A stretch of 64,000 bases of DNA from positions 1,440,001 to 1,504,000 of the forward strand of contig OZ244160.1 of assembly GCA_965216325.1 (NCBI GenBank), in the 5' to 3' direction. A program made the translations under genes and the position numbers. The DNA comes from Coraliomargarita sp. GTDB lineage: Bacteria; Verrucomicrobiota; Verrucomicrobiia; Opitutales; Coraliomargaritaceae. Shown here piece by piece: positions 1 to 12,826 of this stretch (position 1 is the stretch's first letter; each line of letters begins with the position of its first letter). The notes under the pieces are model-generated. The model was not told where the DNA came from. It worked only from the letters and a program-made list of their open reading frames with translations, and searched no databases.

Positions 1-245
1 TCGCACTTTTCCGCAATCGGCATCAGCAACTGCGTGGCATTCTCAGGGCGAAACAGTCGGCTCGGATGCGGATCAAAAGTGAGCACACCACTGACACCAC
101 CGGAACGTTGCGCCGAGAAAACCGCCGACTCGATCACTGCTTTGTGCCCGAGGTGCACCCCATCAAACACACCGATCGCCAAGTGCAAAGGGCCGCGCAG
201 CCCTTCGAGCTCAGCAAATTCAGCGACTGTTTTCGGAAAGGTCAT
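1..245 (-). CDS. ribF: Bifunctional riboflavin kinase/FAD synthetase, N-terminal part (runs off window)
   Basis: Manual translation [10 protein letters not shown]...[13 protein letters not shown]...LTFDPHP; follows truB as is usual. Confidence 0.92.
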   Translation of the reverse strand, partial: MTFPKTVAEFAELEGLRGPLHLAIGVFDGVHLGHKAVIESAVFSAQRSGGVSGVLTFDPHPSRLFRPENATQLLMPIAEKC

Positions 246-252
246 TTTATAG

Positions 253-325
<73 letters not shown>

Positions 326-354
326 TCTAACAGCTTGTCGAAATGGATCATAAA

Positions 355-1071
355 TTACAATGCGTGCGACGGCACCGCCTGTAAAACGGGAATCAGCTTT
401 TTACGTAGAGCGGTCGGAGACGCTTCCTTCAGCACCTCAAGTGTATCCGCTTGTTCGATACGAAACTGACCAATACCCGTGCGGCGCAGCACATTCAGGT
501 GAGCGCCACAGCCAAGCTTTTGACCGAGATCATGCGCGATGGTGCGGATGTAGGCACCCTTGCTGCAACCAACTAGGAAAGAGATTTCAGGCAGGCTAAA
601 ATCAGTCATCTCAAATTTGCTGATATTGATCACGCGTGGCTCGCGCTGTACGGTCTTACCTTGACGTGCAAGCTTGTAGAGTTTTTGGCCGTTCACCTTC
701 TTCGCGGAGAACATCGGTGGCGTTTGATACTGATCGCCAAGGAAGGTTTTCATCTCTGCGCGCACACCCTCTTCCGTGAGCTCAGGCACTTCCTTAGTCA
801 CAAGGATCTCACCTTCGGCGTCCTGTGAGTCGGTTTCCTCACCCAGTTTCATGGTGCCGGTGTATTCCTTATCCATGCTCATCATGTATTGGGAGACCTT
901 GGTGGCCTTGCCTACGAGAATGATCATGAGACCGGTCGCCATCGGGTCGAGTGTGCCCGCGTGCCCGACCTTCTTCATACGGTAGATGCGACGCACACGA
1001 TCGACTACGTCGTGCGAAGTAATGCCCTTAGGCTTGTCAACGAGGAGAATACCTTCTGGATCGTCGTTCAT
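355..1071 (-). CDS. truB: tRNA pseudouridine(55) synthase
   Basis: [12 protein letters not shown] and [12 protein letters not shown] motifs. Confidence 0.97.
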   Translation of the reverse strand: MNDDPEGILLVDKPKGITSHDVVDRVRRIYRMKKVGHAGTLDPMATGLMIILVGKATKVSQYMMSMDKEYTGTMKLGEETDSQDAEGEILVTKEVPELTEEGVRAEMKTFLGDQYQTPPMFSAKKVNGQKLYKLARQGKTVQREPRVINISKFEMTDFSLPEISFLVGCSKGAYIRTIAHDLGQKLGCGAHLNVLRRTGIGQFRIEQADTLEVLKEASPTALRKKLIPVLQAVPSHAL

Positions 1072-1088
1072 ATAAATTCAAAAAAATC

Positions 1089-1172
1089 TTAATCGTAATC
1101 CTACTCTTAATCTTACTCTACAACCTACTCCAACGTGGGAATTAAGATTACGATTGAGAGCAGGATTAGGAA
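1089..1172. repeat. Degenerate hexamer tandem repeats arranged as an inverted pair
   Basis: TTAATC GTAATC CTACTC TTAATC TTACTC ... ATTAAG ATTACG ATTGAG AGCAGG ATTAGG. Confidence 0.7.
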
Positions 1173-1182
1173 TGGAAGTTAT

Positions 1183-2181
1183 TTACTTTACTGCTTCGAG
1201 TTGCTTGCCGATGGCTTCAACCAACTGCGGAAGGAACTCAGCGATCGAGCTGTTTTCAACATTCAGGCCAGCAGCACATGCATGACCGCCGCCGTTGAAT
1301 TGCTTGGCGATTTGATCGACGCGGAAGATGGGATCCTTCGAACGGAGGCTACCCTTGAGCGCACCATCGCGGTCTTCAAGCAAAACACCGATGTCGACGC
1401 CCTTGATCGAACGTGCATAGTCGACCAAGCCTTCGGAATCGTCGATGTGTGCGCCGCAAGCGTCATACACGCCGTTCTCGATCAAACCAATGCAGACACG
1501 ATTATCGAATTCCATGGTCAGCGACGCGAGGAAGCTCTGGAGCAGCTTAATCTTCGCGAAACTTTCGTTCTCGTAGAGTTCGAAGGCTGCGTCAGCCGGG
1601 TGCGCACCGTGCTCGCAGAGCTGACGTGCGATTTCGAATGTCGCAGGTGTGGTGGATGGGAAACGGAACTGCCCAGTATCGGTTGCGATACCGACGTAAA
1701 GATTTTGCGCAATGATTGGATCGAACTCGTAACCGTTGTCCAAGTAGAAGCCCGCAAGGATTTCAGCAGTCGCACAGGCAGTCGCGATGACGAGATTCTC
1801 CTTACCGTAGTTCTTGTTGGAGATGTGGTGGTCGATATTGAGTTCGACTTCAGGGAAAAGCTCGTTGAGACGCTCGCCGACACGCTTGTAGTCTGCACAG
1901 TCAACCGAAACCGCAACGTGGCCATCCGGAGTGAAGTCGGATGCGAGCTTGAGCGGTGTATCGCCAACAAATTCTTTCAGGTTTTCCGGCACTTCGTCGC
2001 GGTTCAAACCAATCGCCTCGATGCCCATATTATTGAGCAGGCGTGTAACCGCAACAATGGATCCGATACAGTCTCCGTCCGGACGGACGTGGCCAATCAC
2101 GGCGACCTTCTTGCCCTTCAGGCCTTCGATTGCGTTAGCGAACACTGCGCTTTGTTCAGGAAAGAATTTTTCGTTAGTCAT
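1183..2181 (-). CDS. nrnA: DHH/DHHA1 nanoRNase/pAp phosphatase
   Basis: [29 protein letters not shown] motifs; between rbfA and truB. Confidence 0.9.
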   Translation of the reverse strand: MTNEKFFPEQSAVFANAIEGLKGKKVAVIGHVRPDGDCIGSIVAVTRLLNNMGIEAIGLNRDEVPENLKEFVGDTPLKLASDFTPDGHVAVSVDCADYKRVGERLNELFPEVELNIDHHISNKNYGKENLVIATACATAEILAGFYLDNGYEFDPIIAQNLYVGIATDTGQFRFPSTTPATFEIARQLCEHGAHPADAAFELYENESFAKIKLLQSFLASLTMEFDNRVCIGLIENGVYDACGAHIDDSEGLVDYARSIKGVDIGVLLEDRDGALKGSLRSKDPIFRVDQIAKQFNGGGHACAAGLNVENSSIAEFLPQLVEAIGKQLEAVK

Positions 2182-2214
2182 GATAAATAGGAGGTAGAAG
2201 TTTGAATTCTATTC

Positions 2215-2275
2215 GTAGGGCTTCTGCTTGCAGAACGCCTGATCTAAAGCGGCATCGTGCAAGCACGAGCCCTAC
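2215..2275. repeat. GTAG-type REP doublet (family B)
   Basis: GTAGGGCTTCTGCTTGCAGAACGCC...GGCATCGTGCAAGCACGAGCCCTAC; relatives at 43268 and 61212. Confidence 0.85.
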
Positions 2276-2312
2276 GGGATATGAATTGTTGGTTAATGTT
2301 TAAAAATGGGAA

Positions 2313-2335
2313 AAGCGGCTGGAAGCCGCTTCTAC
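2313..2335 (-). repeat. Single GTAG-type REP hairpin, may double as terminator downstream of rbfA
   Basis: Minus strand GTAGAAGCGGCTTCCAGCCGCTT followed by T-run. Confidence 0.65.
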
Positions 2336-2336
2336 T

Positions 2337-2693
2337 TTATTGCTCGGATTGGTTCTCTTCGGCATCCAGCTGATCGAGCAGATCCAGAACATGCGAGCCA
2401 CGCTCCATCGAAGGATCGTATACGTATTCGAAATTAGGGAAGTATTTCAGAATGACGCGCTGCTTCACCTGCCCATGCAGATCCTTGCCGGCCTTGCGGA
2501 AGAACTTGCGTGCCTCACGCAAGGCATCCTCTCCGCCAATGACGGAATAATAGATCGTGCAATTGCGCAGGTCGGGCGAGGTCTCAACATCGCTAATCGT
2601 GATCGCGACTGCTGCGCTGCGGTAACGCTTACGCATCTGCTCGCTGAGCTCGCGACGAATGAGTTCGTTAATACGGGAAATACGCTTGGACAT
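2337..2693 (-). CDS. rbfA: Ribosome-binding factor A
   Basis: ITISDVETSPDLRNCTIY, LKYFPNFEYVYD; downstream of infB. Confidence 0.95.
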   Translation of the reverse strand: MSKRISRINELIRRELSEQMRKRYRSAAVAITISDVETSPDLRNCTIYYSVIGGEDALREARKFFRKAGKDLHGQVKQRVILKYFPNFEYVYDPSMERGSHVLDLLDQLDAEENQSEQ

Positions 2694-2746
2694 AACTGAA
2701 AGGGCTTGGACCTTTGGCAGCGTGGAGTGAAATCAACCAGCCGCTC

Positions 2747-5365
2747 CTATCGGAGCGACGGACGAATTTCTTCCACGGCGTAACATTCGATGATATCGCC
2801 TTCTTGGTAATCGTTGGTGCCTTCGACATTAATACCACACTCGTAACCGGCGCGAACTTCCTTAACGTCGTCCTTGAAGCGCTTGAGCGTATCGATCTTA
2901 CTTTCGTAGATAACTTCGCCACCACGAACGAGACGAGCGATCTTGTTGCGATTGATCGTGCCTTCGGTAACCATACAACCCGCAACGTAGCGACCCTTGC
3001 CGGTTGGGAAGACCTGACGGATCTCGGCCGCACCAAGCTTCTTCTCGGTAAGTTCCGGCTCGAGCATGCCGACCATCTCTTCTTCGATTTGATCGAGGAG
3101 TTCGTAGATGATCTCGTGCTGAATGATACGAACGTCGTGATGCTTTGCGATGCTTTGAACACCGTTGTCCATTTTGACATTGAAGCCGACAATGCAGCAA
3201 CCACCGGTGCTCGCGAGTGTCACATCGTTCTTGGTAATGTTGCCCACACCGACATTGATGACGTCGACGTCGACCTTATCACTTTCGATTTCGGAAATGG
3301 CATTTGCAAGTGCTTCAGCGGAACCGTGCACATCGGACTTAACGATGATCTTGAGGCACTTCTTTTGCTTTTGCTCGATTGCGGCAAACAAGTCGTCGAT
3401 GGTTGGGCCACCTTGTGCCTTGTTGGCTTCTTCGATCTTAGCGTTGGCTTCGCGCTTGCGCTGATATGTGATGTCTTCGGCAGCACGCTTGGCCATCTTC
3501 TCGTTCTTCTCAGAAGTAAAACGGTCGCCAGCAGCTGGGACACCTGTCCAACCAAGGACCTTCACCGGAGTGCCCGGAGGCGCAGACTTGACGATTTTGC
3601 CGTTCTCATCAAGCAGCGACTTCACTCGGCAGTAAGACTCAGCACAAAGCAGTGCGTCGCCCTTCTTGAGAGTGCCCTTGTCGACGATGACGGTCGCAGT
3701 CGCACCACGGCCTTGTTCGATTTGAGATTCGATGATGATACCGGACGCTGCGCAAGTCGGGTTGGCTTGGAGTTCCATGACTTCCGCTTGCAGGAGGATC
3801 ATGTCGAGCAGGTCGTCAATGTTGGTACCATTGAGTGCGGAAACTTCAACGCAGACGGTTTCACCTCCCCAGTCTTCCGGAGCAATGCCCTTTTCCTGCA
3901 TCTGTTGCTTCACGCGGTCAACATTCGCACCCTTGGCGTCGATCTTATTGATGGCCACCACGACTGCGTTGTTCGCTTGTTGCGCGAACTTAAGTGCTTC
4001 GTCGGTTTGTGGTTTGAAGGAGTCGTCGGCCGCGATCACTAGCACCGCGATATCGGTGACGTTCGCACCACGCGCACGCATCATGGAGAATGCGGCGTGA
4101 CCCGGTGTATCGAGGAAAGTGATCTTCTCGCCGTTGTGGTCGATCTGATAGGCGCCCACGTGCTGGGTAATGCCGCCCGCTTCGCCTTCGGTGACGTTGG
4201 CCTTACGGATGGTGTCGAGCAGTGTGGTCTTACCGTGGTCAACGTGACCAAGGATACAGACAACCGGCGGACGTGGCTTGAGGAACTTAGGATCGTCGTC
4301 GTCCTGCTTCTCTTCCTTCTTCTTTTGCTGAGCTGCTTGCTCTTCACCGCGGTGGTGGATTTCGAGCATGAAGCCGTGACGCTGCGCAAGGGTCTGCGCG
4401 ATGTCCTCTTCGATCGTCTGATTCATGGAGGCGAAGATGCCCATTTCCATGAGTTCGGAGATCAACTTGAAAGGCTTGAGACCAATCTCACCAGCGAAGT
4501 CGCGAACAACGATCGGAGGCTTGATGTGAATGATTTGCACTTCACCACTTGCTTCTGGCGCTTCGCCTTCGGCGCTTTCCGGTGCATCAGCATCTGCCGG
4601 AGCTGGAGCGGCTGGTGGCTGTGGTGGGCCAGGAGGCGCAGCCGGTGGCGGCGTTGGAGGGCCAGCGGGGGCTGGTGGTTTGCCAGCAGTTGCTGGAGCG
4701 GTCGGAGGCGGTGGCGGTGTGTTCGCGACAGGAGCCGCAGGCGGTGCCTTTGGCGCAGGTGGCGTTGCAGCCGGTGGTGCCTTCGGTGTAGGCGCCGCTG
4801 GTGGCGTCGCTGCTGGCGGAGAGCCGGCAGGTCTTACAGAAACAGGTGCTGGGCTAGCAGGTGCTTTGCCTGCAGCAGGTGGTGCGGCCTTTGGCGGAGC
4901 TGCCTTCGGTGGCGCAGCGCGAGGCGGTGCAGCACGCGGTGGGATTGCTGGCGCAGGCGGCGGAGTGTTCGCCGGAGGCTTCGGTGGCTCAGGTGGGAGC
5001 GGTGCCGCTGCGGCAACCTTCTCAGCCTGTGCAGCCTTAGCAGCTTCGACCTTCGCAGCCTTTTCGGCTTCCAATGCTTCTTCGGCTTCCTTCTTTTCGC
5101 GCTCGATGTCAGCAGCGCTGCGAACGATGACACCTTCCGGGAATTGCGGGCCTTTCGGCTTTTCCTCTTCGGCAGGCGCTTCGGGCGCGGCTTCTTCAGC
5201 AGGCGCGTTTTTCGCAGCAAACTCTTCGACGATCGAGTCCGCAGAGATATTATCAATCGTGCTTGAGACGCTCTTTACAGCGAAGCCGCGCTCCTTGAGT
5301 AACTCAAGGAGTTCTTTGTTCTCCAATCCGATTTGTTTGGCAAGCTGGTGAATACGAACGCTCAT
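2747..5365 (-). CDS. infB: Translation initiation factor IF-2 with Pro/Ala-rich linker
   Basis: [34 protein letters not shown]. Confidence 0.98.
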   Translation of the reverse strand: MSVRIHQLAKQIGLENKELLELLKERGFAVKSVSSTIDNISADSIVEEFAAKNAPAEEAAPEAPAEEEKPKGPQFPEGVIVRSAADIEREKKEAEEALEAEKAAKVEAAKAAQAEKVAAAAPLPPEPPKPPANTPPPAPAIPPRAAPPRAAPPKAAPPKAAPPAAGKAPASPAPVSVRPAGSPPAATPPAAPTPKAPPAATPPAPKAPPAAPVANTPPPPPTAPATAGKPPAPAGPPTPPPAAPPGPPQPPAAPAPADADAPESAEGEAPEASGEVQIIHIKPPIVVRDFAGEIGLKPFKLISELMEMGIFASMNQTIEEDIAQTLAQRHGFMLEIHHRGEEQAAQQKKKEEKQDDDDPKFLKPRPPVVCILGHVDHGKTTLLDTIRKANVTEGEAGGITQHVGAYQIDHNGEKITFLDTPGHAAFSMMRARGANVTDIAVLVIAADDSFKPQTDEALKFAQQANNAVVVAINKIDAKGANVDRVKQQMQEKGIAPEDWGGETVCVEVSALNGTNIDDLLDMILLQAEVMELQANPTCAASGIIIESQIEQGRGATATVIVDKGTLKKGDALLCAESYCRVKSLLDENGKIVKSAPPGTPVKVLGWTGVPAAGDRFTSEKNEKMAKRAAEDITYQRKREANAKIEEANKAQGGPTIDDLFAAIEQKQKKCLKIIVKSDVHGSAEALANAISEIESDKVDVDVINVGVGNITKNDVTLASTGGCCIVGFNVKMDNGVQSIAKHHDVRIIQHEIIYELLDQIEEEMVGMLEPELTEKKLGAAEIRQVFPTGKGRYVAGCMVTEGTINRNKIARLVRGGEVIYESKIDTLKRFKDDVKEVRAGYECGINVEGTNDYQEGDIIECYAVEEIRPSLR

Positions 5366-5419
5366 GTAAGCCTTAGTGTATAATTCTCAGTAAATGGGTG
5401 AGTTGGGTCAGAAGGGCGA

Positions 5420-6670
5420 TTAAGCGTTACCTCCGAGGTAAGCGGCAACCTTCGCAAGCACGTCGGCTGCTTCGTCTTCAGTGAATCCGAGGCCAACCAA
5501 GTCAGCGGCTTCAACACCTTCGAACACTTCGGGGCTCGCGAAACCGCTCGCAACGAGACGTCCGGCAACTTCCGGATCGAGACCAGGGATTGCGTTGAGG
5601 CCTTGAACCGCCTTTGCAACCTTCTCGTCGAAGCCTACGGCTTCCTTCTCTTCCTTGCCAATGTCGAGCTTCCAACCAAGCAGGCGGGAAGTCAGCTTGG
5701 CATTGAAACCACGGCGGCCGATTGCGATAGAAAGGTCGTCTTCCGCAACTTCGAAGTGCATGCGGCGCTCAACGTCGTTGAGGCGGATATTCTTGGGAAC
5801 TGCTGGGCGAAGTGCTTCTTCCAGCATTTGAACCGGATCAGTGAAGTGACGGATAATGTCGATTTTCTCACCGCCGAGTTCGCGGACGATGGTCTTCACA
5901 CGGGCACCACGGGCACCGACGCAAGCGCCGACAGGGTCGACCTTTGGATCTGCGCTGTGAACCGCGATCTTGGTGCGGTAGCCTGCTTCACGGGCCATCG
6001 CTTCGATGGTTACGGTGCCGTCTGCGATTTCAGTCACTTCGAGTTCGAAGAGACGGCGCACGAAATTAATGTTCGAGCGAGAAAGGATGATGTCCGGGCC
6101 GCGATTGGTTTGCTCGATCTTCAGAAGCAGGCAGCGAATGCTTTCCCCCGGTGAGTAATCTTCGCCAGGAACACGCTCACGTGGTGGCAGAATCGCTTCG
6201 GCCTTGCCGAGGTCAATGATCAGGTCGCCGCGTTCGCGACGACGCACGGTCCCAGTCACGATGTCGCCCACAGTATCTTTGAAATCGTCGTAGATGCGGT
6301 CCTTTTCGAACTGGCGGATGCGCTGCATGATCGCCTGACGTGCAGTCTGCGCTGCGATGCGTCCGAGATAGGCTGGATCGACTTCGCGCTCGATCACACC
6401 ACCGATTTCAGCTGCGGGGCTGAGTTGGCGTGCCTTTTCGATGTGAATTTCAACCGCAGGATCGCTGACCGAATCAACCACATTGAGGATGCTCCATGCT
6501 TTGAGCGCACCAGTCTTCGGGTTGATTTCAACGCGGATGTCTTGCCCAGCACTGACTCCCTTCTGGGCCGCACTAGCAATGGCAGCAGAGATCGCTGTGA
6601 TCATGTCATCACGGGCGATTCCCTTCTCTTTTTCCATGTATTCAAGAACTGATAAGATTTCGTTGCTCAT
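5420..6670 (-). CDS. nusA: Transcription factor NusA
   Basis: [33 protein letters not shown] motifs. Confidence 0.98.
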   Translation of the reverse strand: MSNEILSVLEYMEKEKGIARDDMITAISAAIASAAQKGVSAGQDIRVEINPKTGALKAWSILNVVDSVSDPAVEIHIEKARQLSPAAEIGGVIEREVDPAYLGRIAAQTARQAIMQRIRQFEKDRIYDDFKDTVGDIVTGTVRRRERGDLIIDLGKAEAILPPRERVPGEDYSPGESIRCLLLKIEQTNRGPDIILSRSNINFVRRLFELEVTEIADGTVTIEAMAREAGYRTKIAVHSADPKVDPVGACVGARGARVKTIVRELGGEKIDIIRHFTDPVQMLEEALRPAVPKNIRLNDVERRMHFEVAEDDLSIAIGRRGFNAKLTSRLLGWKLDIGKEEKEAVGFDEKVAKAVQGLNAIPGLDPEVAGRLVASGFASPEVFEGVEAADLVGLGFTEDEAADVLAKVAAYLGGNA

Positions 6671-6683
6671 TGTGGGCAGGTAT

Positions 6684-6706
6684 AAAAAAAGCGAGACGAG
6701 CCCGCT
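6684..6706 (-). terminator. Terminator-like hairpin in nusA leader
   Basis: Minus strand AGCGGGCTCGTCTCGC + T7, 13 nt upstream of the nusA ATG. Confidence 0.55.
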
Positions 6707-6742
6707 AAAAATTGTATGCTGGGTTTATATTGCGAGTGACAG

Positions 6743-6770
6743 AAAGTAGAGTGCGACCAGCGCTTGTCAA
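6743..6770 (-). promoter_or_regulatory. Putative sigma70 promoter of nusA operon
   Basis: Minus strand TTGACA-N16-TACTTT. Confidence 0.55.
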
Positions 6771-6849
6771 GTGTCGGTATTGCCCTCAAATTGCAGGTTT
6801 TTGGCAATTGCAACTCGCCAATCCACAATCCCCGAACATCACATTTCCC

Positions 6850-7188
<339 letters not shown>

Positions 7189-7196
7189 CACAATCC

Positions 7197-7277
7197 ACCA
7201 CCCCCACCGGCCGAGCCGGTCACCCCTCCTCGACAAGGAGGGGAGCGACTGAAAGCTCCTCCCCTGCGAAGGGGAGG
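7197..7277. repeat. Palindromic element of stacked hairpins
   Basis: CCGGCCGAGCCGG, CCCCTCCTCGACAAGGAGGGG, CCTCCCCTGCGAAGGGGAGG. Confidence 0.65.
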
Positions 7278-7339
7278 TCATCCGCTTGCCAGATGAGAAG
7301 GGCCATGAGACCATATCGAAGAGAGGTTTGCCCCCAGAC

Positions 7340-7371
7340 AAAAAAAGCGGCCGCTCCGAAGAGTGGCCGCT
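7340..7371 (-). terminator. Rho-independent terminator of amtB-glnK
   Basis: Minus strand GCGGCCACTC-TTCG-GAGCGGCCGC + T7. Confidence 0.85.
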
Positions 7372-7395
7372 CGAGAATTCAGCAAGTACTGCAGC

Positions 7396-7755
<360 letters not shown>

Positions 7756-7808
7756 TTATCGTGCTAAGCCTGAACTAAAGTCCGACAGTTAGCAAAACTG
7801 AAAATCAC

Positions 7809-9143
7809 TTATTCCCAGTGATAGGCAGTCTCGCCATGTTCAGCCTGGTCCAGACCAGTGATCTCCTCTTCAGCACTGACACGCAGGCCAGTGGTTACCT
7901 TGCAAACGACTACGATGATTACCGTAGCGACCGCGGACCATGCGACCACTGCACCCAGTGCGATGAGTTGTGTGACCAATTGCTCGCCGACATTCTCCAC
8001 ACCGCTACCACCGAAAGCCGCAGTGCCAAAGACCGCGACCAGAATGGTGCCCATAATACCGCCGACACCGTGAACCGCAAATACGTCCAAGGAATCGTCG
8101 ATTTTCATGCCCTGCTTCACAATGCCACACATAAAGTAGCAAACGAAGCCAGCAAGGAAACCGATGCAGATCGCACCGAGCGGACCAACATTACCGGAAG
8201 CCGGTGTAATGGTTGCCAGACCAGCAACCATACCAGTCACGATACCAACGAGACCAGGCTTACCGGTCTTGATCCATTCAATGGTCATCCAAGTCAAACT
8301 CGCGACCGCTGCTGAGATATGCGTCACCAGCATGGTCATACCGGCTGCTTCATTGGCTGCCAACTGACTACCCGCATTGAAGCCGAACCAGCCGACCCAA
8401 AGCATCGATGCACCAATCATCACCATGCCCGGGCTATGCGGCACGTGCAGCTTCTTCGGGAAGCCTTCGCGTGGGCCGACAAACTTAGCGAGCAAGAGCG
8501 CGGAGATACCCGCAGTCGCGTGCACCACGATACCACCCGCCAAATCGAGAACGCCGCGCTGATAGAGCCAGCCGTCTGCAGACCAGACCCAGTGAGTCAC
8601 CGGAGCGTACACCAGAACCAGCCAGAGCGCAGTAAACAGTAGGATCGCGCTAAACTTCATGCGCTCAACGAATGCACCAACGATCAGGCCGGGTGTAATG
8701 ATCGCAAAGGTCATTTGGAACATCACGAAAATGGTTTCCGGAACACCGCCATCAATACTGTCCGCAGTCACACCAGCCAAACCGAGCTTACTGAAACCGC
8801 CCAGCCATGCAGAGCCCGCATCAAATGCTAGACTGTAGAGACCTGCGACCCAGAGCACGGAAGCCAAGCAAGCAATCGCAAAGCAGTGCATCAAGACTGA
8901 GAGCACATTTTGCGCGCGCACCAAGCCGCCATAGAACAATGCCAGACCAGGCAGTGTCATGAATAGAACGAGCACAGTCGCAGTGAGCATCCATGCGGTG
9001 TCACCCGAGCTAAGCTCGGAAACTGCCTCGGCAGCCACCGCGATTTCGGCTGTGACCGCGTCCGGCGCAGCCTCTTCAGCCATTGTCAATCCCGGCACGA
9101 GCGCAAGCAGCAGCACCGCCGTCAAACGGAGTATTGTCTTCAT
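7809..9143 (-). CDS. amtB: Ammonium transporter with signal peptide
   Basis: PGLALFYGG, FQMTFAIIT, DLAGGIVVH, WFGFNAGS, DDSLDVFAVHGVGG; start set at MKTILRL. Confidence 0.96.
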   Translation of the reverse strand: MKTILRLTAVLLLALVPGLTMAEEAAPDAVTAEIAVAAEAVSELSSGDTAWMLTATVLVLFMTLPGLALFYGGLVRAQNVLSVLMHCFAIACLASVLWVAGLYSLAFDAGSAWLGGFSKLGLAGVTADSIDGGVPETIFVMFQMTFAIITPGLIVGAFVERMKFSAILLFTALWLVLVYAPVTHWVWSADGWLYQRGVLDLAGGIVVHATAGISALLLAKFVGPREGFPKKLHVPHSPGMVMIGASMLWVGWFGFNAGSQLAANEAAGMTMLVTHISAAVASLTWMTIEWIKTGKPGLVGIVTGMVAGLATITPASGNVGPLGAICIGFLAGFVCYFMCGIVKQGMKIDDSLDVFAVHGVGGIMGTILVAVFGTAAFGGSGVENVGEQLVTQLIALGAVVAWSAVATVIIVVVCKVTTGLRVSAEEEITGLDQAEHGETAYHWE

Positions 9144-9274
9144 TATATTGTGTATGTTGTTGTGGGTTGTTGGGTAGACCGCGCATCGAAACGAAGGCGC
9201 CCAACGATAACAAGACATTTCAAGCATTAGCATCCCTAATGACCCTAATACAATTATTCATACCCGCATAGCCC

Positions 9275-10051
9275 ATGCATAAGGAACGCCGCATCCCACT
9301 GGACTCACAACCAAACTTCCGCGACCTTGGTGGCTATCGCAGCGCAGATGGAAAAACCATCCGAAGCGGACTCCTATACCGCTCTGGAAACTTGGATGAA
9401 CTAAGCGATGCGGACCGCTTAACGATACGCGGGCTCAAAATCCGAACCGTGATCGACTTTCGCTCGGTCTCCGAAGCCCAAGCGGACGAAGCTTTCTGGA
9501 GTGAGCAAGGCACCCAATACATCCACCTACCAATTGATCCCGGCAATCTTGCCACACTCTTCTGGGAAGCCATGCGCACCGGCGACAGCTCCAAACTGCC
9601 TGATGATATCCTATCGGTAAACAATCGCCTGGTGATTCAGGAAGCTTGCAGCCAATACGGAGCCCTCTTCAAGCAACTCAGCGATCCAACGAATCTCCCC
9701 CTGCTGTTCAACTGCACGCATGGTAAAGATCGCACCGGCATCGCCGCGGTCTTAGTCTTAATGGCTCTCGGAGTCAGCGACGAAGCGAGCATGTCCGACT
9801 ACCTCCTCTCGAACACCTTCCGCGAGGCAGAAAACCAGGCACAGCTAGATACGCTCCGCGAAGCAGTCCAAGACAAGCCCGGTATCGATTTAAAGAAACT
9901 CGAAGCAGCATTCACACTGCTCCCGCACCACTTCGACGTGATATTCGATAGCATCCAAGAACTCCATGGAGGCCTGGAAAACTACTTAGCCCAAGGACTG
10001 AAGTTAAGCGAACAGGAGATTGCCGCGATACGCAGCAATCTTCTGTCGTGA
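9275..10051 (+). CDS. Tyrosine-protein phosphatase (IphP/PtpB-like)
   Basis: NFRDLGG, LYRSG, VIDFRS and P-loop NCTHGKDRTG. Confidence 0.9.
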   Translation: MHKERRIPLDSQPNFRDLGGYRSADGKTIRSGLLYRSGNLDELSDADRLTIRGLKIRTVIDFRSVSEAQADEAFWSEQGTQYIHLPIDPGNLATLFWEAMRTGDSSKLPDDILSVNNRLVIQEACSQYGALFKQLSDPTNLPLLFNCTHGKDRTGIAAVLVLMALGVSDEASMSDYLLSNTFREAENQAQLDTLREAVQDKPGIDLKKLEAAFTLLPHHFDVIFDSIQELHGGLENYLAQGLKLSEQEIAAIRSNLLS

Positions 10052-10176
10052 CGAACCACCCCGCTGAAACACCGCGGAGCATTAAGCATCAGGCAGGGCT
10101 CGTTGCCCCCAACAAGCCGCCACACGAACAAGATGGCGGTTCGATAAAGATATCGAACCCTACCTTAACATGCAGT

Positions 10177-12798
10177 TCACTCCACCAGCTCAGGTGTTTC
10201 AGCTTCCTCCTCGACGCGCATCGCCAGCCCTTCGCCTTCGATAGTAAACACGACCTCACTGTGCTCGGGGATTTCACCACTCAGCATCGCACGGGCTAAG
10301 CGTGTCTCGACTTGCTTTTGCAAGAAACGCTTGAGCGGACGGGCACCATAGACGGGATCGTAACCTCGCTCCGCGATCCACTCACGAGCCAGAGCATCGA
10401 ACTGGATCGCGATGTGGCGCTCCTCGAGACGACGGTTTAAATCCTGCAGTAAAAGATCTACGATCGAAGTAATCTCTTCAAGCGTCAGCGGCTTGAACAG
10501 GATCGTATCATCGATGCGGTTCAAGAACTCTGGACGGAAGCCTTGGCGCAACTCAGCCATGACCGATTCGCGCACACTTTCAGGAATCTCCGCACCAGAT
10601 ACGCCTTCCGTCAGGAAACGGCTACCGACATTCGACGTCATGATAATCACCGTGTTCTTAAAGTCGACTGTGTGACCTTGCGCATCGGTAATCCGACCAT
10701 CGTCCAAGACTTGCAATAAGACGTTGAAGACATCCGGGTGCGCCTTCTCGATCTCATCGAACAAGACGACGGAGTATGGCTTACGGCGAACGGCTTCGGT
10801 CAACTGACCGCCTTCATCATAGCCAACATAGCCTGGAGGCGCGCCAATCAGTCGAGCCACCGCGTGCTTCTCCATGTATTCCGACATATCGATACGAACG
10901 ATATTTTCTTCAGTATCAAAGAGTGACTCCGCAAGTGTGCGCGCCAGCTCGGTCTTACCCACACCCGTTGGGCCAAGGAACAAGAAGCTACCGATTGGAC
11001 GGCGCGGATCTTTGATACCCGCACGCGCACGGAGGATCGCTTCGGAGACCAGCGTCACCGCTTCGTCCTGGCCGATCACACGCTGGTGCAAGACCTCTTC
11101 AAGACGCAGAAGCTTTTCCTTCTCACCTTCAACGAGTCGAGTAACCGGCACGCCGGTCCACTTCGCAACGATTGAAGCAATTTCTTCTTGAGAGACCTCC
11201 TCTTTAAGCAAGGCACCCTCTTTAACTTCGACCGCTTCAAGCGATTGCAACTTGGCTTCGAGCTCGGGCAGCTTACCGTGACGCAACTGCGCAACTGTAT
11301 TCAGATCGTAACTACGTTCTGCCTTTTCCATTTCGATACGGGTCGCGTCGAGCGCTTCGCGCACTTGGCGAATTTGATCGATCGCGCCCTTCTCTGAATC
11401 CCACTGCGCACGCAGACCCGATTCTTTCTCGCGAATATCGGCGAGCTCCTTGGAGAGTGCTTCCAGGCGTTCTTTCGAAACCGCGTCCTTTTCATTTTTC
11501 AAGGCGGCTTCTTCGATCTCCAGTTGCAGTGCGCGACGTGTCAGCGCGTCCAGCTCCTGCGGCATGCTATCCATCTCCGTGCGAATCATCGCACAGGCTT
11601 CGTCGACCAAGTCGATCGCCTTGTCAGGCAAGAAGCGCTCGCTGATGTAGCGGTGCGAAAGCACCGCGGCTTGAACTAAAGCGTTGTCCTGGATGCGCAC
11701 ACCATGGTGCAGCTCAAAGCGTTCGCGCAGACCACGCAGGATCGAGATCGTGTCTTCGACATTCGGTTGATCGACTTGAACGGGCTGGAAGCGACGCTCA
11801 AGCGCCGCATCTTTTTCGATGTGCTGTCGGTATTCGTCGAGTGTGGTCGCACCGATACAGTGCAGCTCACCCCGAGCCAAAACCGGCTTGAGCATATTGC
11901 CCGCATCCATCGCTCCCTCAGTTTTACCCGCACCAACGATGGTATGCAACTCGTCGATAAAGAGCAGAATGCGGCCCTCACTATTTTTGACCTCAGCCAG
12001 CACGGCCTTCAGGCGCTCTTCGAATTCACCGCGATACTTGGCACCCGCAACCAGCGAGCCCATATCGAGGGCGAAGACTGTCTTGTCCTTGATCCCCTCC
12101 GGCACGTCGCCACGCACAATGCGTTGCGCGAGGCCCTCGACGATCGCGGTCTTACCCACCCCCGGCTCACCGATGAGCACAGGGTTGTTCTTTGTCTTAC
12201 GAGACAGGATACGAATCACACGACGGATCTCATCATCGCGGCCAATCACGGGATCCATTTTGCCCTTACGTGCCTGCTCGACCAGATCGATGCCGTATTT
12301 CTCAAGTGCCTCGAAGGTCGTTTCTGGATTGCGACTGGTCACAGTTTGACCACCACGCATGGACTGCAGGGTTTCAAGGACTTTCGCACGATCCAGCCCA
12401 AATTGCTTAAAGAAGTCGGCGAGCTTGCCTGAAGCTCCAAGCAGACCCAGCAAGAGGTGCTCCGTGCTGAGGAACTCATCCTTCAATTTGGACTTTGCCT
12501 TCTCCGCATCGCCAAGGGCTTTCTGCAAGGCGGAGGAAACATACACTTGGCTCGCATTCACACTGCCGCTCGCTTTCGGCAAGGCATCCAACTCACGTTG
12601 CGCAGCCAATTGCACTGCAGAGGGCGTGATTTGCATACGCTCCAAGAGTCCGGGGACGATCCCTCCCTCTTGAGTGACTAGAGCAAGAAGGAGATGCCAG
12701 ACGTCGATCTCCTGCTGACCGTGACTTCGCGCAAGATTTTGCGCTTCCTGCACGGCAAAGGCAGATTTTTCGGTGAAGCTGTTAAAATCAATATTCAT
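10177..12798 (-). CDS. clpB: Chaperone ClpB
   Basis: Two AAA modules ([16 protein letters not shown]) and coiled-coil M domain; start MNIDFNS follows RBS GGAGG. Confidence 0.97.
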   Translation of the reverse strand: MNIDFNSFTEKSAFAVQEAQNLARSHGQQEIDVWHLLLALVTQEGGIVPGLLERMQITPSAVQLAAQRELDALPKASGSVNASQVYVSSALQKALGDAEKAKSKLKDEFLSTEHLLLGLLGASGKLADFFKQFGLDRAKVLETLQSMRGGQTVTSRNPETTFEALEKYGIDLVEQARKGKMDPVIGRDDEIRRVIRILSRKTKNNPVLIGEPGVGKTAIVEGLAQRIVRGDVPEGIKDKTVFALDMGSLVAGAKYRGEFEERLKAVLAEVKNSEGRILLFIDELHTIVGAGKTEGAMDAGNMLKPVLARGELHCIGATTLDEYRQHIEKDAALERRFQPVQVDQPNVEDTISILRGLRERFELHHGVRIQDNALVQAAVLSHRYISERFLPDKAIDLVDEACAMIRTEMDSMPQELDALTRRALQLEIEEAALKNEKDAVSKERLEALSKELADIREKESGLRAQWDSEKGAIDQIRQVREALDATRIEMEKAERSYDLNTVAQLRHGKLPELEAKLQSLEAVEVKEGALLKEEVSQEEIASIVAKWTGVPVTRLVEGEKEKLLRLEEVLHQRVIGQDEAVTLVSEAILRARAGIKDPRRPIGSFLFLGPTGVGKTELARTLAESLFDTEENIVRIDMSEYMEKHAVARLIGAPPGYVGYDEGGQLTEAVRRKPYSVVLFDEIEKAHPDVFNVLLQVLDDGRITDAQGHTVDFKNTVIIMTSNVGSRFLTEGVSGAEIPESVRESVMAELRQGFRPEFLNRIDDTILFKPLTLEEITSIVDLLLQDLNRRLEERHIAIQFDALAREWIAERGYDPVYGARPLKRFLQKQVETRLARAMLSGEIPEHSEVVFTIEGEGLAMRVEEEAETPELVE

Positions 12799-12809
12799 GC
12801 CTCCCCTCG

Positions 12810-12826
12810 TGCAGGTTATGTTCCAA
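12810..12826 (-). promoter_or_regulatory. Sigma54-type -24/-12 promoter of clpB
   Basis: Minus strand TTGGAACATAACCTGCA, GG-N10-GC. Confidence 0.6.

Noticed and set aside
1135..5351. Long plus-strand ORFs (1135-2190, 2714-4042, 4097-5266, 4530-5351)
   Set aside because: Antisense shadows of nrnA and infB; no motifs, explained by codon bias and low complexity.
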